In this document: piece after piece, positions 7,425 through 14,740 of the stretch
How the letters are laid out: every line of letters starts with the position of its first letter
Numbering within the stretch: position 1 is the first letter of the stretch
Assembly: GCA_013166835.1 (NCBI GenBank)
Contig: JABLTI010000063.1
Coordinates: 1 to 16,281 of the forward strand
Direction of reading: 5' to 3'
DNA length: 16,281 nucleotides
Source: Promethearchaeati archaeon
Lineage (GTDB): Archaea; Asgardarchaeota; Heimdallarchaeia; JABLTI01
The notes under the pieces: generated by a model
Told to the model about the DNA's origin: nothing
The model's input: the letters and a program-made list of their open reading frames with translations, nothing else
Databases searched by the model: none
Translations under genes and position numbers: made by a program

Positions 7425-10400
7425 TTAGACAGAAAAATCAGAAATACATTCTAAGAACAGTTTTGACACTTTTTCTATTGAAGTGTACAAACCAACAATA
7501 TCATTACGATCACCACTACTAATTCCATTGAAAACTTCTTCTACAATCTTTGGAATAGCATTGATAACTGACTGGAAGATTTCTAAATCATCTTTTGAAT
7601 GAATAGCTGCATCCATACTTTTCAAAGCAGCTTTTGCATGTCTATCAGCTTGTTTGTAATCATAATCTATTAATGATGTAAGAGCTTTCTCTGTGAGAAT
7701 AATGGAATCGCCTATGAAAATCTTTGTTTGTTTAGAAATATGTTCTAATGAGGTTTCATCTAAACTTAATTTTTTATGGAGGGAAGTTATTAAAATTTCT
7801 TTTTCTGTTGCAGGATCATCCTTCATCTGTCTAGCTAATTTTGATCTTCTGCGAGGAGAAATAGCCTTTTGTGTTATTAATCCTTTTGAGATTTCAGTCA
7901 CACCAAAGTATTTCTTTACAAGATCTATTGATCCTTTGAATCTAGCCATATTTACATGGGTATCATCTGATATAGCGTCTCTATAAATAAATTCGAATTC
8001 AGTAGCAAAGAGCTTCAGTTTCTGTAAATGAGCGGGTTTGACTTTGTTTACTACTAATACTGTATCTCCATAACTACTTGTATAGATTAGCAGATGTTTT
8101 TTACCAAACTCAACAGTTTCTATATCAAATTTCGACTGTTTACCAATTATTTCTTCAAGTATTCCTCTGATACCACTCATTGCACCACCAAATAGCTGTT
8201 CATCTGTGGTCATTTGAGTTGAATAAGGAAGGTATAGAACTGTTAATCCAGATTTCAAAATATAGGAGATATTATGAATTTCATCATGCCAACCTCTATT
8301 CATAATTGGTTTTCTAAGTGAAACAACCATTACTATGGAAAGGATAAGGAATACTACTAAACCAACAACAACTGGCACCAGAGGAAAGTCTGATACAATT
8401 GGTTCAGAAACAAGAGTGAAGTAATAAGTATCAGAATTAGCATTACCAGCTAAATCAGTGTAAGTAAAATTAACTGTATAGGAGCCAAGAAGTAAAATAT
8501 CAAAACTCAAAACAATATCATATTGATAAATGGAACCATGCGAAACCACAGAATTGTATATCATTTCAAAAGTTTGATTATAACCTGGCCCAAGTAAATT
8601 GACTTCTACTTTGTTAATCCCATAAGTATCTATAATATGAACTGTTAGCGTGTGATTGTTTAAACCTGCTTCCTCATATTGTATTATATCCCTAGGAGCA
8701 GTATTAAAGACATTATAATCAATTCTGGGATCTTGGAAAAAGACTGGAAGCACTGTGTCAATAATTAAGAAATAGATTTCTCTGCTTTCTCTGCTGGCTT
8801 TATCCATAATGGATACAGTCAAATTATGATAGTCCATTCCAACGAGGAAGTCTTCATCTAAAGTATATATTATTCTCATAATAGGGATATAAACGTAATC
8901 CGTGCCAAAATCCTCTTCAAATACACTGTTTGTGTTATCAGCAATTACTGATATAGATTTGATACCTATACCTGGATTATTTATGGTTAAATCAAATTCT
9001 ATATTTCCACTATTTCGATATTCTAGATCATTAAGAGAGGTATAAAACTGGGGGGAAGTTAAAGAAACCAAGACAATTATTGTCACATTGCCTTTATTTC
9101 CAGCATTATCGTAACCATAAATAATCAATTCATAATACCCACTGAATCCAGTAATATTCAAGTTATTACTGAATGGAGGGGTTGTTTCTCTAATAATTCT
9201 AATACTGCCAAAATCAATTCTAAAGGATTCTAATCCAGAACCAACATCTTGACTGAACCATTCTACATGCACATTTGAATCAAGAATGACTGAATTATTG
9301 GTAGGATTAATCATCAAAACTTGAGGTGGAGATTGATCTACCGTTATCCAATGAATGTCTTCATAAATTTTCATATCGGTTGTTACAGCTCTAATTGTGA
9401 TGTTATAGATTGGATATTGATCTATTGGAATAACACCTAAATTAATAGTACATGTAAAGGTAGTATTTGAATAACTATTGTATAATGTGTTATTGACATA
9501 GACTTCGAAATGGTCAATATTTAAATTATTAACATCCCAGATAATATCGAAAGATGTAGAATTAATGTAGGTAAACATTTTGCTTGGATCAACTAAAATA
9601 ATAGTTGGAGCACTTGTATTTTGAATAACTGTAATTTCTTGATCTGTGTAATAACCTAGGTAATCAAAAGCTTGGATGGTTATAATTGCAGATTCATTTT
9701 CAGTGAGTGTGACAAAATAATTCGAGGTTTTTACATCGAAAATTGTGTCTAGTAAGGTTCCATTAACAAATATCTTGAATTGTTCAAGCCCTACTCCCAC
9801 ATCGAAGGATTCCCAAGAAACGATAATGTAAGCAAGACCAGTTGTATAATTATCAGGTGGATGATCAATAGTTAAATTTGGGGCTGATTGATCAAGAATT
9901 ATACTAAAAACATCAGTATGAGTATTTCCTGCTTTGTCAAATGCTGTTATTGCTACATCTTTGTTACTTTCATTGCCAAGATCAACAAGATCACTCATAA
10001 TTAAAGGAGAATAGGAATCATACAAAACACCATCAATTGTTAGTTGAGTTTGTTCTATGCCAGTACCTAATAGATTGTCTGTTGCATTCCAAGACAAAGC
10101 TATTGTCTGAGAATTTGTGTAATAGGTTCCATCTCCTAGTTGTGGCAGAATTATTGGATCAAAAGAGACATCCGGATTCACAGTATCTCGAGTAATTGTT
10201 ATGGAATTAGATGCAAAATTACCTAAGACATCATATGTTACTACCTCAATCAAATAATCCTTGTCAGTGTTTAGATCTATATTGAAAGTACTAGCAGAGC
10301 TAGTGCCTTGAGAAACACTATCAATAAAAATTTCCGAATAGTCAATTGAAGAATGAACATCAGAAGCGTCCCAATAGATATCTAAATTTGACACTTTGAC

Positions 10401-12923
10401 AGCAACTCCATCAAGTGGAGAAGTGATAGAAACAATGGGGGGAGTTGTATCTTTAATCACAATTATTGAGGACCTTCCTTCTAAGAGAGTATCATCAACT
10501 GCTATAACTGTAATATTCCAAGTTCCATCACTTGGCAGGGGAATGTTATAGGTTTCTAAAATTGTAGATGGAGTTATTTCTGTCTCATTTCGATATATTT
10601 TGTAATAATCAAAATCACCATCAGGATCGGAGTTATTATAACTTATATCCACAGAACCACTTGTAGTTAGAAAATTATTTGGGGGACTAATAATGGTAAC
10701 TTGTGGAGCTTTCACATCAAATTTCACAGTAATACTATCAGTCGCACTTTTTCCAGAATAGCTGTAGGTTATTAATTGAATGGCATTGTTTCCAGCAAAT
10801 AGAAATACATCAGATGAAGTGATACTTCCTCCAACTCGATTTTGAAAGACTCCTTTAACATAAATATCAGTGTGATGTACTGAAACAAATTCAGAAATTA
10901 GATCCCATGTTACGGTGACACTTTCTTGAGAAGAGACATATCCTGAACTTGGACTAGTTATTGATATTCTAGGAGCATCACCTTTACCTAGAACAAGAAT
11001 CTGACCCAGGGTATCTCCAAGGATAATCTCATTTTCACCATCATGATCTATATCGAAAACTACTATTGAATTCCTTTTGCCAAAAGAGGTACCAAAATCA
11101 CCTGACCAATTCAAGTGAAAATCAAATGAAGAACCACTATCAGTGACACAACCAACATAAACAGTACCATTATTTGCACTGAAAATCAGCTCATTTCGAC
11201 CATCTTGATTTATATCCGCTATGGTAGCTCCTCCACCCATTGATGGTTGAGATGTTTGATCATTTATGAGTAATTCTAATGCAGGAGCAGGATCGGAAAA
11301 TGAATTGTAACCATTAAAAATTTTCAAGTAATTCTTACCTACAATGATAATATCATTAATTGAATCACCATCAATGTCGTCTACTATGATTGTATGACCG
11401 AAATTGTCCTCAGTAATTGATGTCGAACCAATAGGAAGATCATCCTCTGGATTATCTTGATATTTGGGAATTGTTCGTAAATAAATACGTAAATTAGTTA
11501 ATGAAATAGAATTATCAGCAGAAATTTGAGCGGAAAAAAGTAGTTCTTTATCATAATCAGTATCCATATTAGCAACTAGTATACTGTGAATTCTAGTTGC
11601 GCCTATTGGGCTGAATGGTGATCGAAAGTCATGGTCAAAACTATCACCTACTGAATCATATTCTAAGACAATAATACCACCATTTTGATCACCAGCCACT
11701 AAATCAGTATAAGTATCATTATCAGCATCACCAATTTCAAGATAGCCCATAAATGCAGAAGTATGAGTAAAAACAGTTTCAGACACCCCGAAATCATTGG
11801 AAGTCGTATTCCATTCACTGAGCCGCAAGATAGTATTTGAAGAGCCTAACATATATAATTCATCTTTTCCATCGCCGGTAAAATCATGTGCAGCGATACC
11901 AGACATTACAGTTGTTAATAAAGATTGATGGCTAGTTTCCCAGCTAGCCCAGATTCTTTGATAATCACCTGAACGATAATCAAAAATTGCGACTAAATAA
12001 TTATCACCGAGAACAGTTCTATTTGAGCTTACTATTAATTCAAGGTCACTGTTACCATCAATATCTGCAGTAGTTAGGAATGTACCATTACCATACCCAG
12101 TAGCTGTCGATTTGATATTGAAATTTTCTTCAACAACATAATCAAAAGATGTTTGTGTACTAATGCCTAGCTCAATGTCTCCCCATGAGAAAGCATTCGA
12201 TCGTATCTCATCTTGATTACCACTAATATAAGGCCAAATAATTCCAGCATTACTGCTACCATAATTATCCGTTGCTTCAAACCCAATACCGAGTACTTTT
12301 CCAGAAGAACTTGAAATAGCAGTAAATGGTATCTTAAATTCATATTGCCTATGAGTATTTGTTGAATCGAAATCTGAAGGATTAAAGGAAGTTGAAAGCA
12401 AAATTCCGCTACTTGCTAGAGGAATATCTAATGAACCAGATTCAATGGCGATCCAAGCAGATAGTGATATGCTATATGAAAGAAACTCTACAAACTGACC
12501 GGAAGAATTTGAGGTAAATCTAACCATTCTATCAATTGAACTTAGTTGACCATTATGATCACTGTCAAAGAAAATTGAACTACCCCAAGCTGGTACTGGA
12601 GTTTCTACTTGTAAGTTTAAAACGTCCAATCCAATATAAAAATAAACATCATTATTTTGTAGGAATAATTTCCCTCCAATTTGATCTGTTGAATTGTAAA
12701 GATTGTAAATTGATGCGGAGGTCCATTCTTGATCCATATCATCATGAACGAAATTTATTTGCCCATTAATATTTGGCGCTGTGTTATTCCAAATTGAGAA
12801 AATCTCTGTAGGATAAGCAATAGCAGAATGTCCTGAAGTAGGGAGATTTGTAATAAGGAATGGACTTAGAACAAATATTAAAGATAGAATCAAATATAGA
12901 GCGATATTTCTGTAACATTTCAT
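7425..12923 (-). CDS. Giant type I membrane protein: signal peptide, DOMON/CBM9-like domain, 7x FG-GAP/VCBS beta-propeller, ~9 Ig-like repeats, TM helix, cytoplasmic longin-like domain, helical C-terminus
   Basis: Uninterrupted 1832-aa ORF with an N-terminal hydrophobic signal. DOMON/CBM9-like pattern APNINGQI..EW..LFLQNNDVYFYIGLDV..FFDSDHNG..YEFKIPF (~12165-12790), seven DxDxDG-type loops, repeated (A/P)PxxxIxxP..AxDxxGN units, TM VPVVVGLVVFLILSIVMVVSL followed by RK (~8315-8387), and an intracellular ILKSGL..DEQLFGGAMSGIRGILEEI..LKLFATEFEFIY segment. Confidence 0.93.
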   Translation of the reverse strand: MKCYRNIALYLILSLIFVLSPFLITNLPTSGHSAIAYPTEIFSIWNNTAPNINGQINFVHDDMDQEWTSASIYNLYNSTDQIGGKLFLQNNDVYFYIGLDVLNLQVETPVPAWGSSIFFDSDHNGQLSSIDRMVRFTSNSSGQFVEFLSYSISLSAWIAIESGSLDIPLASSGILLSTSFNPSDFDSTNTHRQYEFKIPFTAISSSSGKVLGIGFEATDNYGSSNAGIIWPYISGNQDEIRSNAFSWGDIELGISTQTSFDYVVEENFNIKSTATGYGNGTFLTTADIDGNSDLELIVSSNRTVLGDNYLVAIFDYRSGDYQRIWASWETSHQSLLTTVMSGIAAHDFTGDGKDELYMLGSSNTILRLSEWNTTSNDFGVSETVFTHTSAFMGYLEIGDADNDTYTDLVAGDQNGGIIVLEYDSVGDSFDHDFRSPFSPIGATRIHSILVANMDTDYDKELLFSAQISADNSISLTNLRIYLRTIPKYQDNPEDDLPIGSTSITEDNFGHTIIVDDIDGDSINDIIIVGKNYLKIFNGYNSFSDPAPALELLINDQTSQPSMGGGATIADINQDGRNELIFSANNGTVYVGCVTDSGSSFDFHLNWSGDFGTSFGKRNSIVVFDIDHDGENEIILGDTLGQILVLGKGDAPRISITSPSSGYVSSQESVTVTWDLISEFVSVHHTDIYVKGVFQNRVGGSITSSDVFLFAGNNAIQLITYSYSGKSATDSITVKFDVKAPQVTIISPPNNFLTTSGSVDISYNNSDPDGDFDYYKIYRNETEITPSTILETYNIPLPSDGTWNITVIAVDDTLLEGRSSIIVIKDTTPPIVSITSPLDGVAVKVSNLDIYWDASDVHSSIDYSEIFIDSVSQGTSSASTFNIDLNTDKDYLIEVVTYDVLGNFASNSITITRDTVNPDVSFDPIILPQLGDGTYYTNSQTIALSWNATDNLLGTGIEQTQLTIDGVLYDSYSPLIMSDLVDLGNESNKDVAITAFDKAGNTHTDVFSIILDQSAPNLTIDHPPDNYTTGLAYIIVSWESFDVGVGLEQFKIFVNGTLLDTIFDVKTSNYFVTLTENESAIITIQAFDYLGYYTDQEITVIQNTSAPTIILVDPSKMFTYINSTSFDIIWDVNNLNIDHFEVYVNNTLYNSYSNTTFTCTINLGVIPIDQYPIYNITIRAVTTDMKIYEDIHWITVDQSPPQVLMINPTNNSVILDSNVHVEWFSQDVGSGLESFRIDFGSIRIIRETTPPFSNNLNITGFSGYYELIIYGYDNAGNKGNVTIIVLVSLTSPQFYTSLNDLEYRNSGNIEFDLTINNPGIGIKSISVIADNTNSVFEEDFGTDYVYIPIMRIIYTLDEDFLVGMDYHNLTVSIMDKASRESREIYFLIIDTVLPVFFQDPRIDYNVFNTAPRDIIQYEEAGLNNHTLTVHIIDTYGINKVEVNLLGPGYNQTFEMIYNSVVSHGSIYQYDIVLSFDILLLGSYTVNFTYTDLAGNANSDTYYFTLVSEPIVSDFPLVPVVVGLVVFLILSIVMVVSLRKPIMNRGWHDEIHNISYILKSGLTVLYLPYSTQMTTDEQLFGGAMSGIRGILEEIIGKQSKFDIETVEFGKKHLLIYTSSYGDTVLVVNKVKPAHLQKLKLFATEFEFIYRDAISDDTHVNMARFKGSIDLVKKYFGVTEISKGLITQKAISPRRRSKLARQMKDDPATEKEILITSLHKKLSLDETSLEHISKQTKIFIGDSIILTEKALTSLIDYDYKQADRHAKAALKSMDAAIHSKDDLEIFQSVINAIPKIVEEVFNGISSGDRNDIVGLYTSIEKVSKLFLECISDFSV
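8410..10979 (-). repeat. About nine tandem Ig-like (bacterial Ig/Big-type) protein repeats of ~90-115 aa
   Basis: Repeat starts APRISITSP, APQVTIISP, PPIVSITSP, NPDVSFDP, APNLTIDHP, APTIILVDP, PPQVLMINP, SPQFYTSL and LPVFFQDP. Ends include TYDVLGN, AFDKAGN, AFDYLGY, GYDNAGN and YTDLAGN. The repeats are diverged at DNA level. Confidence 0.8.
11017..12069 (-). repeat. Seven FG-GAP/VCBS-type Ca-binding repeats (7-bladed beta-propeller)
   Basis: DIDGNSDLE, DFTGDGKDE, DADNDTYTD, NMDTDYDKE, DIDGDSIND, DINQDGRNE and DIDHDGENE, spaced about 52-64 aa apart and each followed by a hydrophobic strand. Confidence 0.88.
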
Positions 12924-12944
12924 TAGTTAAATTCCCTTTATTCC

Positions 12945-12980
12945 AGTAATATTATCTTAATTTGCTTCGACAATATTACT
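12945..12980 (-). promoter_or_regulatory. 12-bp inverted repeat/hairpin just upstream of the giant surface-protein gene
   Basis: The + strand reads AGTAATATTATC-N12-GACAATATTACT. The single mismatch becomes a G:U pair in the - strand transcript. Confidence 0.5.
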
Positions 12981-13033
12981 AATTCTGCTTTCTAGGTATA
13001 TATCAAGTGTGCTTTAAAAAATAAAATTTTAAC

Positions 13034-13042
13034 AAAAAAAAA
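13034..13042 (-). terminator. Oligo-T (T9) terminator of guaA
   Basis: A9 on the + strand (T9 on the - strand) about 30 nt after the guaA stop, followed by further T tracts. Confidence 0.5.
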
Positions 13043-13070
13043 GGCTAGCTAATTAAAAATAATCTTTAAA

Positions 13071-14636
13071 TCACTCCCATTCGATAGTTGCAGGCGGTTT
13101 GGAAGTAATATCATATACTACTCGATTTACTTTTTTGACTTCATTGATTATACGATTGGAAATTACTGCTAAAGTTTCATAAGGAATTTTTGACCAATCA
13201 GCGGTCATAGCATCAATGGAATCAACTGAACGCAAAACTACAGTCCACTCATATGTTCGGGAATCGCCCATAACACCCACAGATTTTACGGGGAGAAGAA
13301 CAGAAAAACTTTGCCAGTAATTATTGTATTCATCTCTTTTTTTAATTTCTCCAATGAAAATCGCATCGACTTCTTTAAGAGTATCTAATCGCTCTTGTGT
13401 TACTTCACCTAGAATACGAACCGATAATCCTGGACCAGGAAAAGGATGTCTTTCTATCAACTCAGAGGGAATTTTTAGTAATCTACCAACTTCTCTAACT
13501 TCATCTTTATAGAGCTCTTTTAGTGGTTCAACAACTTTCAAGGACATTTTTTCAGGTAATGCTACATTATGATGACTCTTAATTTTTGCAGCTGTTTCTG
13601 ATGGCTGTGCAGATTCTATTCTATCAGGATAAATGGTTCCTTGAGCTAAATAGCCAAATGTCCCGTGCTTCTTTGTCAGTTTCTTTTCAAACGCTTCAAA
13701 TGCCTCAATGAATTTGAAAGCAATTATTTTCCTTTTTTCTTCAGGATCCTTGACACCTTTAAGAGCTTTCAAGAAGGTTTGTTGAGCGTCCAATCGATAG
13801 AAATTTGCAAATTTTAAATCTTCCTTGAAATACTTCACCACTTGTTCAGGTTCATCTTTTCGCATGAATCCATGATCAACAAAGACACAATAGAGACGAT
13901 CACCAATGCTTTGGTGAAGAAGGATTGCTGCCACAGTGGAATCTACTCCACCGCTTACACCTATAATAACTCGATTCTCCCCTACTTCATCTCTTATCTC
14001 TTTAATTTGCTGTTCGATATAACTTTCCATAGACCAATTCTTCTTAAGATTAGAAATTGTTAAAATGAAATTACTCAAGAGTATCATGCCATTATCAGTA
14101 TGAACAACTTCTGGATGAAATTGTAACCCAAAGATTTTTCTCTCAAGGTTCTCGAAGGCAGCAATTTCGCAATTATCACTGGATGCAGTTATCTCAAAAT
14201 CGGATGGTAATTTAGATATCTTGTCCCCATGGGACATCCACACTTTGTTTTCTTTTCCAAAGCTTTTGAACAAATTCTGATCATTTTTAATCTGAATCAT
14301 TGTATGCCCATATTCTTTCTGGTCTCCTTGGATAACTTTGCCACCATAATATTGAGAGATGAATTGATGACCATAACACAATCCTAAAACAGGAATTTTT
14401 TGTTTCTCAATAAATTCCATGGTTTCATCTGAGATTTTTGGAGCCTTCTTATCATAGACGCTATTTGGTCCACCCGAAAAAATAATTGATTTAACATTGT
14501 TCGAAAGTAATTCATCTGGTTTTACTCTCCAAGAGAAAATCTCAGAATGAACACCTAACTCCCTTACTCTCCTAGCAATTAAATGAGCATATTGTCCTCC
14601 AAAATCTATAACTGCAACTATATTCTTTTGTGACAT
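13071..14636 (-). CDS. guaA: GMP synthase (glutamine-hydrolysing), fused GATase + ATP-pyrophosphatase form
   Basis: DFGGQYAHLIARRVRE, GLCYGHQ (catalytic Cys), QFHPEV, PP-loop SGGVDS, QGTIYPD, IKSHHNV, PFPGPGL and terminal YDITSKPPATIEWE. The ATG at 14636 is preferred over the track's TTG at 14663 because the family homology begins there. Confidence 0.97.
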   Translation of the reverse strand: MSQKNIVAVIDFGGQYAHLIARRVRELGVHSEIFSWRVKPDELLSNNVKSIIFSGGPNSVYDKKAPKISDETMEFIEKQKIPVLGLCYGHQFISQYYGGKVIQGDQKEYGHTMIQIKNDQNLFKSFGKENKVWMSHGDKISKLPSDFEITASSDNCEIAAFENLERKIFGLQFHPEVVHTDNGMILLSNFILTISNLKKNWSMESYIEQQIKEIRDEVGENRVIIGVSGGVDSTVAAILLHQSIGDRLYCVFVDHGFMRKDEPEQVVKYFKEDLKFANFYRLDAQQTFLKALKGVKDPEEKRKIIAFKFIEAFEAFEKKLTKKHGTFGYLAQGTIYPDRIESAQPSETAAKIKSHHNVALPEKMSLKVVEPLKELYKDEVREVGRLLKIPSELIERHPFPGPGLSVRILGEVTQERLDTLKEVDAIFIGEIKKRDEYNNYWQSFSVLLPVKSVGVMGDSRTYEWTVVLRSVDSIDAMTADWSKIPYETLAVISNRIINEVKKVNRVVYDITSKPPATIEWE

Positions 14637-14685
14637 AGTTAATGCTACCATGCTAAAACCCAATATAGCTTTTTTAATTGTTCAG

Positions 14686-14694
14686 TTTATATAA
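14686..14694 (-). promoter_or_regulatory. Candidate TATA box for guaA
   Basis: TTATATAAA on the - strand, about 50 bp upstream of the likely ATG at 14636. Confidence 0.45.
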
Positions 14695-14740
14695 TTATGT
14701 TAATTTTTTAACAACTAAAATCCTGCAAATAACAAATTAT

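Noticed and set aside
7693-12769. Plus-strand ORFs 7693..7986 and 12536..12769
   Set aside because: Short antisense ORFs inside the 1832-aa gene with no recognisable features.
7425-12923. Calling the giant protein a true integrin alpha or an S-layer protein
   Set aside because: No GFFKR motif, no evident thigh/calf homology and no beta subunit in the window. The large cytoplasmic domain argues against a simple S-layer protein.
5003-12923. The phosphotransferase-like gene, mscL and the giant receptor as one envelope operon
   Set aside because: The giant gene is convergent with the other two and a terminator-like tract separates them; adjacency alone does not show a shared function.
12945-13073. 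Selenocysteine readthrough of the guaA TGA with the downstream hairpin acting as a SECIS
   Set aside because: GuaA ends at its conserved IEWE terminus, and the hairpin is a plain AU-rich stem without SECIS features I can recognise.
14637-14663. Extended guaA N-terminus from the TTG at 14663
   Set aside because: Family homology starts at MSQKNIVAVIDFG, and the TTG lies about where transcription would start given the TATA-like box. The ATG at 14651 cannot be excluded.
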